DNA of 64,000 nucleotides from Takakia lepidozioides. Its lineage: Eukaryota > Plantae > Bryophyta. The translations under genes were made by a program, and so were the position numbers. The DNA lies in the NCBI GenBank assembly GCA_030704615.1, contig CM060734.1, positions 14,446,001 to 14,510,000 of the forward strand. Direction: 5' to 3'. A model generated the notes under the pieces. That model worked only from the letters and a program-made list of their open reading frames with translations, ran no database searches and was not told where the DNA came from. Shown here in pieces: positions 1-12,100 of the stretch. The stretch's first letter is position 1. Each line of letters opens with the position of its first letter.

Positions 1-3000
1 AGGCCTAGCTCAAAATTTCAGCATTCAGAAGCCCTATAGATGTTCTATGCTTATCTCAGGTACCTTCAAGGATGCCTTACTCTCCATGACCAATTAGCCA
101 ACATATTTTGCTGGAGAAGATCTTACCTTATGAAGGACTTGCTTGCTCCACACCATGGTCATGGCGGGGAGAGGAGGCTGATATCTCATGGCTTTGGCCT
201 TCCCATTGCCTTGGGTTCGTCACTTCAATCAGGAACATATATTGATAACCTTTTGTCATGCTCAGACCAAGGTGTTAGTAAATCAAACATAAAACCGAAA
301 ACAGAAGGGAGATTGGATAATGTGTACAAGAACCACCAAGTACACTGGTCTAAATCAGAGAGGGAAGATACGTATGTCTCGTCGAGACATGGACAAAGAC
401 CGACAAGGTCATTGTAAAATTAACGACGAATCAGCCTCGTTATCAACCATTCTTCATTCACAAGTCAGCTTTATGACAAATCCCAGACTTCAAAGTCAAT
501 GAAGTCTCTGGGTGGGAAAAATTAGAGACTCAATTACCACTGTTCATAGCAGGAAACCGTTGTTCGGCATGCTACAAAAAGTGCCATTCATGACATGCCA
601 TGTCATTCGGTCTGTATTTTTTGGTCAGCTTACATACCAAGGCATAACCAACCATCCTAATTTATGTTGCCCAAAAACTAGTATAGTTTTGGGTTCTTTG
701 TATCATTGGACATACCAAAGTGACTGAGCAGTAAGTATCCATGTCCAAATAAAGATCCATTGATCACTGTTCATGGCTGGAAATGTCTGTTGGTTAAAGA
801 AAGCCATTTATGATCATAGAAGGCGTAAGAACAAAATAAGAGCATTTCTTTACATAGAGAACATCACCAAAGCAGGGTTACGGACTGATATTTGGCAGCT
901 TATACAACGGGGTGTAATCAGCCGCCCTATTTTCGCACATCAAGTCACTTATTGACACCATGTTTTTTGCCCCGTGATCTGTTTTAGATCTGGGGCTGGT
1001 GTGTAATTTCAATGGTAGGGTAGAGTAATATTTCCACCTCTTATTCCATGCCCCAAGACCAAGTTCTATGTCTGGGGTAGGGAAATCATTACCATAACAG
1101 GCTGTAATCAGATTTGCATGCCATGCAATCATCCATAGGAAACACAAAGAATCTGAATTGCTCATCCCATCAGGCCTGCAGGTTACTTTGGTATTATTTA
1201 TCCTAAAAGCAACTTGAATTGCCCGAATCATTCTCTTCACATCTACCAATGTCTTACCGTTTTGGAAAATAGGTAAACATTCGAGGGCATATAACCAAGG
1301 ACCGGGATTGGCACGAAAGATCCATCCATATCAGTTTTGGCATGGTATCAAGTGTCCTAAAGTAACCAGCTTCTAAAAGAGGCTGAGTTTCCAATGCTTG
1401 TACATTCAAGAACACCGTCTGGTCATGAAAACAGGTCTGCCCTACATTGTAGCATGTTACCAGATCTCTTTAAAGCCATCAGCTCGTCATATCGTTGCTC
1501 CATTGTCACATCAGTATGCCATAGGGAACAAGAGATAGTCGCCCTAATGATTGTCATAAAGTAACAATCGGGAAATCTTATATCAGACTTTTAGTGTTTA
1601 CCCACCCCTTGTTTTGGGTGTACAAAACCAAAGGGGGGCAGGTATTGGGACTTAGGTAATGAAGTCTGGCAGGGGTTTACCACCTGGTTATATTCAGACA
1701 AAACATCTACCAGCAGCATATCATAATTGGGTATTTTTTTTTTATGGTGCTATAAAGAGCAAAGCCATAACCAGGAGAAACACGGAAACATTTGAGCCAA
1801 AGAAATGGAACTCATTCTTATCATAAGGTATCTAAATCTGACATAAGGCATCGGCTACAGGGGACCGGCAAACAGAGTAATGTGCATTGACGGATCATGT
1901 ATAAGGTGTACACGTCTACTCCAGCAAGCTGTCTTACCAAGGCCTAGCTCAAAATTTCAGCATTCAGAAGCCCTATAGATGTTCTATGCTTATCTCAGGT
2001 ACCTTCAAGGATGCCTTACTCTCCATGACCAATTAGCCAACATTTTTGCTGGAGAAGATCTTACCTTATGAAGGACTTGCTTGCTCCACACCATGGTCAT
2101 GGCGGGAGAGGAGGCTGATATCTCATGGCTTTGGCCTTTCCATTGCCTTGGGTTCGTCACTTCAATCAGGAACATATATTGATAACCTTTTGTCATGCTC
2201 AGACCAAGGTGTTAGTAAATCAAACATAAAACCGAAAACAGAAGGGAGATTGGTTGATAATGTGTACAAGAACCAAGTACACTGGTCTAAATCAGAGAGG
2301 GAAGATACGTATGTCTCGTCGAGACATGGACAAAGACCCGACAAGGTCATTGTAAAATTAACGACGAATCAGCCTCGTTATCAACCATTCTTCATTCACA
2401 AGTCAGCTTTATGACAAATCCCATACTTCAAGTCAATGAAGTCTCTGGGTGGGAAAAATTAGAGACTCAATTACACTGTTCATAGCAGGAAACCGTTGTT
2501 CGGCATGCTAAAAAGTGCCATTCATGACATGCCATGTCATTCGGTCTGTATTTTTTGGTCAGCTTACATACCAAGGCATAACCAACCATCCTAATTTATT
2601 GTTGGGCCAAAAACTAGTATAGTTTTGGGTTCTTTGTATCATTGGACATACCAAAGTGACTGAGCAGTAAGTATCCATGTCCAAATAAAGATCCATTGAT
2701 CACTGTTCATGGCTGGAAATGTCTGTTGGTCTTAAAGAAGCCATTTATGATCATAGAAGGCGTAAGAACAAAATAAGAGCATTTCTTTACATAGAGAACA
2801 TCACCAAAGCAGGGTTACGGACTGATATTTGGCAGCTTATACAACGGGGTGTAATCAGCCGCCCTATTTCGCACATCAAGTCACTTATTGACACCATGTT
2901 TTTTGCCCCGTGATCTGTTTTAGATCTGGGGCTGGTGTGTAATTTCAATGGTAGGGTAGAGTAATATTTCCCCCTCTTATTCCATGCCCCAAGACCAAGT

Positions 3001-6000
3001 TCTATGTCTGGGGTAGGGAAATCATTACCATAACAGGCTGTAATCAGATTTGCATGCCATGCAATCATCCATAGGAAACACAAGAATCTGAATTGCTCAT
3101 CCCATCAGGCCTGCAGGTTACTTTGGTATTATTTATCCTAAAGCAACTTGAATACAATGCCCGAATCATTCTCTTCACATCTACCAATGTCTTACCGTTT
3201 TGGAAAATAGGTAAACATTCGAGGGCATATAACCAAGGACCGGATTTGGCCACGAAAGATCCATCCATATCAGTTTGGCATGGTATCAAGTGTCCTAAAG
3301 TAACCAGCTTCTAAAGAGGCTGAGTTTCCAATGCTTGTACATTCAAGAACACCGTCTGGTCATGAAAACAGGTCTGCCCTACATTGTAGCATGTTACCAG
3401 ATCTCTTTAAAGCCATCAGCTCGTCATATCGTTGCTCCATTGTCACATCAGTATGCCATAGGGAACAAGAGATAGTCGCCCTAATGATTGTCATAAAGTA
3501 ACAATCGGGAAATCTTATATCAGACTTTTAGTGTTTACCCACCCTTGTTTTGGGTGTACAAAACCAAAGGGGGCAGGTATTGGGACTTAGGTAATGAAGT
3601 CTGGCAGGGGTTTACCACCTGGTTATATTCAGACAAAACATCTACCAGCAGCATATCATAATTGGGTATTTTTTTTTATGGTGCTATAAAGAGCAAAGCC
3701 ATAACCAGGAGAAACGGAAACATTTGAGCCAAAGAAATGGAACTCATTCTTATCATAAGGTATCTAAATCTGACATAAGGCATCGGCTACAGGGGACCGG
3801 CAAACAAGAGTAATGTGCATTGACCGGATCATGTATAAGGTGTACACGTCTACTCCAGCAAGCTGTCTTACCAAGGCCTAGCTCAAAATTTCAGCATTCA
3901 GAAGCCCTATAGATGTTCTATGCTTATCTCAGGTACCTTCAAGGATGCCTTACTCTCCATGACCAATTAGCCAACATATTTTTGCTGGAGAAGATCTTAC
4001 CTTATGAAGGACTTGCTTGCTCCACACCATGGTCATGGCGGGAGAGGAGGCTGATATCTCATGGCTTTGGCCTTCCCATTGCCTTGGGTTCGTCACTTCA
4101 ATCAGGAACATATATTGATAACCTTTTGTCATGCTCAGACCAAGGTGTTAGTAAATCAAACATAAAACCGAAAACAGAAGGGAGATTGGTTGATAATGTG
4201 TACAAGAACCACCAAGTACACTGGTCTAAATCAGAGAGGGAAGATACGTATGTCTCGTCGAGACATGGACAAAGACCGACAAGGTCATTGTAAAATTAAC
4301 GACGAATCAGCCTCGTTATCAACCATTCTTCATTCACAAGTCAGCTTTATGACAAATCCCAGACTTCAAAGTCAATGAAGTCTCTGGGTGGGAAAAATTA
4401 GAGACTCAATTACCACTGTTCATAGCAGGAAACCGTTGTTCGGCATGCTAAAAAGTGCCATTCATGACATGCCATGTCATTTCGGTCTGTATTTTTTGGT
4501 CAGCTTACATACCAAGGCATAACCAACCATCCTAATTTATTGTTGGCCCAAAAACTAGTATAGTTTTGGGTTCTTTGTATCATTGGACATACCAAAGTGA
4601 CTGAGCAGTAAGTATCCATGTCCAAATAAAGATCCATTGATCACTGTTCATGGCTGGAAATGTCTGTTGGTCTTAAAGAAGCCATTTATGATCATAGAAG
4701 GCGTAAGAACAAAATAAGAGCATTTCTTTACATAGAGAACATCACCAAAGCAGGGTTACGGACTGATATTTGGCAGCTTATACAACGGGGTGTAATCAGC
4801 CGCCCTATTTCGCACATCAAGTCACTTATTGACACCATGTTTTTTGCCCCGTGATCTGTTTTAGATCTGGGGCTGGTGTGTAATTTCAATGGTAGGGTAG
4901 AGTAATATTCCCACCTCTTATTCCATGCCCCAAGACCAAGTTCTATGTCTGGGGTAGGGAAATCATTACCATAACAGGCTGTAATCAGATTTGCATGCCA
5001 TGCAATCATCCATAGGAAACACAAAGAATCTGAATTGCTCATCCCATCAGGCCTGCAGGTTACTTTGGTATTATTTATCCTAAAGCAACTTGAATACAAT
5101 GCCCGAATCATTCTCTTCACATCTACCAATGTCTTACCGTTTTGGAAAATAGGTAAACATTCGAGGGCATATAACCAAGGACCGGATTTGGCCACGAAAG
5201 ATCCATCCATATCAGTTTGGCATGGTATCAAGTGTCCTAAAGTAACCAGCTTCTAAAAGAGGCTGAGTTTCCAATGCTTGTACATTCAAGAACACCGTCT
5301 GGTCATGAAAACAGGTCTGCCCTACATTGTAGCATGTTACCAGATCTCTTTAAAGCCATCAGCTCGTCATATCGTTGCTCCATTGTCACATCAGTATGCC
5401 ACTAGGGAACAAGAGATAGTCGCCCTAATGATTGTCATAAAGTAACAATCGGGAAATCTTATATCAGACTTTTAGTGTTTACCCACCCCTTGTTTTGGGT
5501 GTACAAAACCAAAGGGGCAGGTATTGGGACTTAGGTAATGAAGTCTGGCAGGGGTTTACCACCTGGTTATATTCAGACAAAACATCTACCAGCAGCATAT
5601 CATAATTGGGTATTTTTTTTTATGGTGCTATAAAGAGCAAAGCCATAACCAGGAGAAACACGGAAACATTTGAGCCAAAGAAATGGAACTCATTCTTATC
5701 ATAAGGTATCTAAATCTGACATAAGGCATCGGCTACAGGGGACCGGCAAACAAGAGTAATGTGCATTGACCGGATCATGTATAAGGTGTACACGTCTACT
5801 CCAGCAAGCTGTCTTACCAAGGCCTAGCTCAAAATTTCAGCATTCAGAAGCCCTATAGATGTTCTATGCTTATCTCAGGTACCTTCAAGGATGCCTTACT
5901 CTCCATGACCAATTAGCCAACATATTTTTGCTGGAGAAGATCTTACCTTATGAAGGACTTGCTTGCTCCACACCATGGTCATGGCGGGAGGAGGCTGATA

Positions 6001-8391
6001 TCTCATGGCTTTGGCCTTCCCATTGCCTTGGGTTCGTCACTTCAATCAGGAACATATTGATAACCTTTTGTCATGCTCAGACCAAGGTGTTAGTAAATCA
6101 AACATAAAACCGAAAACAGAAGGAGATTGGTTGATAATGTGTACAAGAACCACCAAGTACACTGGTCTAATCAGAGAGGGAAGATACGTATGTCTCGTCG
6201 AGACATGGACAAAGACCCGACAAGGTCATTGTAAAATTAACGACGAATCAGCCTCGTTATCAACCATTCTTCATTCACAAGTCAGCTTTATGACAAATCC
6301 CATACTTCAAAGTCAATGAAGTCTCTGGGTGGGAAAAATTAGAGACTCAATTACCACTGTTCATAGCAGGAAACCGTTGTTCGGCATGCTAAAAAGTGCC
6401 ATTCATGACATGCCATGTCATTCGGTCTGTATTTTTTGGTCAGCTTACATACCAAGGCATAACCAACCATCCTAATTTATTGTTGGCCCAAAAACTAGTA
6501 TAGTTTTGGGTTCTTTGTATCATTGGACATACAAAGTGACTGAGCAGTAAGTATCCATGTCCAAATAAAGATCCATTGATCACTGTTCATGGCTGGAAAT
6601 GTCTGTTGGTCTTAAAGAAGCCATTTATGATCATAGAAGGCGTAAGAACAAAATAAGAGCATTTCTTTACATAGAGAACATCACCAAAGCAGGGTTACGG
6701 ACTGATATTATTATACAACGGGGTGTAATCAGCCGCCCTATTTCGCACATCAAGTCACTTATTGACACCATTTTTTTGCCCCGTGATCTGTTTTAGATCT
6801 GGGGCTGGTGTGTAATTTCAATGGTAGGGTAGAGTAATATTCCACCTCTTATTCCATGCCCCAAGACCAAGTTCTATGTCTGGGGTAGGGAAATCATTAC
6901 CATAACAGGCTGTAATCAGATTTGCATGCCATGCAATCATCCATAGGAAACACAAAGAATCTGAATTGCTCATCCCATCAGGCCTGCAGGTTACTTTGGT
7001 ATTATTTATCCTAAAGCAACTTGAATACAATGCCCGAATCATTCTCTTCACATCTACCAATGTCTTACCGTTTTGGAAAATAGGTAAACATTCGAGGGCA
7101 TATAACCAAGGACCGGATTTGGCCACGAAAGATCCATCCATATCAGTTTGGCATGGTATCAAGTGTCCTAAAGTAACCAGCTTCTAAAAGAGGCTGAGTT
7201 TCCAATGCTTGTACATTCAAGAACACCGTCTGGTCATGAAAACAGGTCTGCCCTACATTGTAGCATGTTACCAGATCTCTTTAAAGCCATCAGCTCGTCA
7301 TATCGTTGCTCCATTGTCACATCAGTATGCCATAGGGAACAAGAGATAGTCGCCCTAATGATTGTCATAAAGTAACAATCGGGAAATCTTATATCAGACT
7401 TTTAGTGTTTACCCACCCCTTGTTTTGGGTGTACAAAACCAAAGGGGGCAGGTATTGGGACTTAGGTAATGAAGTCTGGCAGGGGTTTACCACCTGGTTA
7501 TATTCAGACAAAACATCTACCAGCAGCATATCATAATTGGGTATTTTTTTTTATGGTGCTATAAAGAGCAAAGCCATAACCAGGAGAAACACGGAAACAT
7601 TTGAGCCAAAGAAATGGAACTCATTCTCATAAGGTATCTAAATCTGACATAAGGCATCGGCTACAGGGGACCGGCAAACAAGAGTAATGTGCATTGACCG
7701 GATCATGTATAAGGTGTACACGTCTACTCCAGCAAGCTGTCTTACCAAGGCCTAGCTCAAAATTTCAGCATTCAGAAGCCCTATAGATGTTCTATGCTTA
7801 TCTCAGGTACCTTCAAGGATGCCTTACTCTCCATGACCAATTAGCCAACATATTTTTGCTGGAGAAGATCTTACCTTATGAAGGACTTGCTTGCTCCACA
7901 CCATGGTCATGGCGGGAGAGGAGGCTGATATCTCATGGCTTTGGCCTTCCCATTGCCTTGGGTTCGTCACTTCAATCAGGAACATATATTGATAACCTTT
8001 TGTCATGCTCAGACAAGGTGTTAGTAATCAAACATAAAACCGAAAACAGAAGGGAGATTGGTTGATAATGTGTACAAGAACCACCAAGTACACTGGTCTA
8101 AATCAGAGAGGGAAGATACGTATGTCTCGTCGAGACATGGACAAAGACCCGACAAGGTCATTGTAAAATTAACGACGAATCAGCCTCGTTATCAACCATT
8201 CTTCATTCACAAGTCAGCTTTATGACAAATCCCATACTTCAAAGTCAATGAAGTCTCTGGGTGGGAAAAATTAGAGACTCAATTACCACTGTTCATAGCA
8301 GGAAACCGTTGTTCGGCATGCTAAAAAGTGCCATTCATGACATGCCATGTCATTCGGTCTGTATTTTTTGGTCAGCTTACATACCAAGGCA
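1..8391. repeat. ~1.94-kb tandem macrosatellite, subfamily A (~4.3 copies, runs off window start and into gap)
   Basis: Anchor AGGCCTAGCTCAAAATTTCAGC recurs at 1, 1940, 3874, 5820 and 7748 (periods 1939, 1934, 1946, 1928). Copies differ mainly by small indels. The same short ORFs recur in each unit without a recognisable domain. Confidence 0.97.
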
Positions 8392-8891
8392 NNNNNNNNN
8401 NNNNNNNNNNNNNNNNNNNNNNNNNNNNNNNNNNNNNNNNNNNNNNNNNNNNNNNNNNNNNNNNNNNNNNNNNNNNNNNNNNNNNNNNNNNNNNNNNNNN
8501 NNNNNNNNNNNNNNNNNNNNNNNNNNNNNNNNNNNNNNNNNNNNNNNNNNNNNNNNNNNNNNNNNNNNNNNNNNNNNNNNNNNNNNNNNNNNNNNNNNNN
8601 NNNNNNNNNNNNNNNNNNNNNNNNNNNNNNNNNNNNNNNNNNNNNNNNNNNNNNNNNNNNNNNNNNNNNNNNNNNNNNNNNNNNNNNNNNNNNNNNNNNN
8701 NNNNNNNNNNNNNNNNNNNNNNNNNNNNNNNNNNNNNNNNNNNNNNNNNNNNNNNNNNNNNNNNNNNNNNNNNNNNNNNNNNNNNNNNNNNNNNNNNNNN
8801 NNNNNNNNNNNNNNNNNNNNNNNNNNNNNNNNNNNNNNNNNNNNNNNNNNNNNNNNNNNNNNNNNNNNNNNNNNNNNNNNNNNNNNNNNNN
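8392..8891. other. Assembly gap (500 N)
   Basis: Run of exactly 500 N. True adjacency of the two flanks is unknown. Confidence 1.
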
Positions 8892-8959
8892 GCACAATGT
8901 TGGATGCTGCAATTGTAGGCCTCAATGCTCGTCTTGATTCTATTTAGGCAAGATTCCCT

Positions 8960-9160
8960 GCATTAATTCCACGGTCATAGGACCATCCACGGTTATAGGC
9001 GGCGCATGTTAATGGTGACGTGGCAGATGACGGACAGTGCCATGTCATCATTTATTGCCACATCAGCATGCTGACATGACAATCACGCCACGTCAGCATG
9101 TGTGCAGGCTCACGCCACGTCAGCTGGCCTGAGCGTACGCTCATGCCACGTCACTCCACT
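8960..9160 (-). promoter_or_regulatory. TGACGTGGC (ACGT/G-box-like)-rich module, probably the end or promoter of another TE
   Basis: Several TGACGTGGC/GCCACGTCA motifs plus the palindrome TGAGCGTACGCTCA. The reverse complement resembles 37265-37450. Confidence 0.4.
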
Positions 9161-12100
9161 GCGGCATCAACAAGACGACCGTCATTGCGGAATTTGAACG
9201 TAGACCCTCTCTTCACAAAGCAATATGCCTCAAACACCAATGTCTGCACATCCAACAAAGAAGGGATCAACTCCAGGGTCTACTTAACATACACCACAAT
9301 ATGAAGTGAATGCAATAGATTGATAACTTACACTTTGGCCCTCTGTTCGCAACCCCTGCGTACTGATGCAGAACCATTTTCTGAGGAGGACCGGGGTGAC
9401 ACTTTTCGGTGTCCACCTTGCCACCGCATTCTCTGTGGTCTTCCCTCTCGTGGCAAGGACAACCACACATCCACCGTCATCCAAAAGCATCCCCGCCAGC
9501 CCGAACCCGGCTTTCCAGTAGTCCTCAGTAAACCTGTTCCAGGTGGGCACACCATCCAGGCCCTCCAGCAGCTCCCCATCTGGAATGTCGAGGAGAATCA
9601 TGTCGCAAGCTCTCTCCACCTCAAACCCCCCCCCCCCCCGAGTGCTCTTGCAATTCGTGCTCACAGCCGTGAAGAATTCCATCATGGCTTCAAAACCAGG
9701 GGTGTCTTTAGGCTCTGTACCGGCAGCCCTCTTCTTGGCTTTCCCCTTCTGCTCCGCCAGAGACTTGCTGTGTGCCACCTTCTTCGCCCTGGCAGCGAGA
9801 GCGTCAAGGAAGCTCTCATTGACGCATTGGATGATGGTTGGAGGTTCTAGCTTTGGCCTGTGCGTAAACGTCACCGCCAAATACCGCCGTGTAGGCTCGC
9901 CCTCAAATGCCAACTTCTTGCAGAGCCAGTCCCACTCCGAACTGACTTGGGAACCCGGACGACCGGTGATTGGGTAGGAGCAACAGCAGTTGCAGGACCT
10001 TGAACAAAGTCGTCGTCCGAGTCACTCTCTTGGGTCCCCTCCTGCGCCTCCTCCGATGCCCCGATGGTTTTCTTCTTTTTGGGTGTTACTGCACTCACCT
10101 GTTTCCTTGTCCTTTTCCTTTGGCCTTTACTCTTCTCATGCAATTTCTCCTGAATTCCTGCCTGAGCAAGCTTTGCCGCTTTCCTGGAGTTCGCAAGCGC
10201 TTTTGCCTCTTTTGCACCCAACGGAGGCAGCGGAGCCCGGTTTCGTCGGAATTCAGCATCCAGCTTCAATTGAAACTCGGATGGGTCGAGCGAGCCGGGC
10301 GGAAGGTCCACATACCAAGGGCAATCACGCAAATGTTCCAGATGCCACTCCTTCACAATATCGTCAGTGTACATGGAGTCAGCCCCAGGGTTCCTCCATG
10401 CCAGGAAGAATGGTGGCTCGAAAGACAGATGACCTTTCTCCAAAAGGGAGAACTTGCAGTACCTGCATTCATGAAAAACACAATGAGGTCCCTGAAATGC
10501 ATATTCGGCACCATTTTCCCAGGTTGGGGCGGATGTGAGTGGGCCTAGAAATGGAAAAATGGCGCCGAATTTCGGTTTTCGGTGACTGCCACCCTAGGGA
10601 CTTAGCCATCTTGGGAGCCCTGAACTGGAAATTCGGCGCCATTTGTCCCGGTTTGGCCCGAAGATGGCTAAGTCCCAGAACCGCAATAGGGCCTAGAACT
10701 GGAAAAATGGCGCCGAATTTCCAGTTCAGGGCCAGCCACCCTAGGGGCTTAACCCGAAAATGGCTAAGTCCCTGAACGGCAATAGGGCCTACAACTGGAA
10801 AATGGCGCCGAATTTCCAGTTCGGGGCCAGCCACCCTAGGGACTTAGCCCGAAAATGGCTAAGTCCCTGAACGGCAATAGGGCCTACAACTGGAAAATGG
10901 CGCCGAATTTCCACTTCGGGGCCAGCCACCCTAGGGACTTAGCCCGAAAATGGCTAAGTCCCTGAACGGCAATAGGGCCTACAACTGGAAAATGGCGCCG
11001 AATTTCCACTTCGGGGCCAGCCAGTCTAAGGACTTAGCCATTTTCGGAGCCCTGACTGGAAATTCGGCGCCATTTTCCCTAACACCACATGAGGCTTCTA
11101 ACATCCTGAAATGCAAGGACTTGAAAGAAAGGCAGCGCGTATGTACCTGTACAGAAGGCGCATTGCTGCTTTGTCCGCGTTCGGCTGGTCGGTGAACTCG
11201 TGGCTCCGGCGAGCATCAGCTATCTCCCGAAAGAATAGGTTGGTTTTGTAGAGCAGAAAGTACCTCGTCACATAGTCACGTAGGCTCTCTGCTGCAGGAG
11301 ATATCTCCATCTTGAACTGATGTGCTTGTGTGTCCAGCTGCTCTTGCGCATTCGTCGTCACCTGTGGAGATTCTCCATCAGATCGCTTTCCTGAAAAAAT
11401 ACAATGAATCCACCCCCTACTAGAGTAGAAGCCCCAAACGAAGCGTGGGGAAGTACCTGAAACCACCATGTCATGCGGTTCATCCACATGTCGAATGTGG
11501 GGTCAGAGAGTTTGTCCGGTTTGGGGAAGCTCCACATGTCCCTGGTACTTTGGGAACCATTCCAGATTTGGAGCCACCGGGTCTGTCCAACCACCCAGCA
11601 TATTCGTAAGCGCCAAACACCACAAAAAGGAGTTGTTGCCACCACAATTTGGTTAAGAATGTATCACCTTTTCTGTTGCATCCACACAGGATGTGGCTAG
11701 ACGATGGAGCTTCTCCAATGTCATCGTGGGCTTCAGAGCGCAAGAGTAGTGCTTCCCCACCTCCACCAGAAAGTCGGCACCAAGGGCGGGATCAGCTATG
11801 GCCACGTACTTTACCATCCGCGACTTGTACTTTATGCGGGCCCTCACCTCCGCAGCTTTGACATACAATTCAAGTTCCGGGAGGGTTGGATTCTTCTCCT
11901 CTGACTCCATGTAGAACCTCCGCGCATGTGCCAAATCCTACTGTATTTTCGTCTGTCAAGAATGCGCACATAAGATTAGAGATCCTGCTCAACACAATTT
12001 CTTCTATTGGGGAGGAGAGACAGATTAGCTCAACAAAACTGTCAGGAGCTTTACCCGAAATATGTAGTCCACCATGGCGTCGACGCTCAGCCTATACCAG

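Noticed and set aside
3913-4293. DQLANIF as a copia RNase H motif
   Set aside because: Isolated short match with no surrounding copia motifs.
4728-5231. 167-aa minus-strand ORF in the satellite as a real gene or LINE RT C-terminus (FLW..AW...GLG-like)
   Set aside because: Only a faint motif resemblance; frame not kept across copies and no RT core in the unit.
1-8391. rDNA, 5S or tRNA tandem array
   Set aside because: No recognisable rRNA or tRNA sequence or pol III boxes in the unit.
8261-8947. Long ORFs containing X runs
   Set aside because: Created by the 500-N gap.
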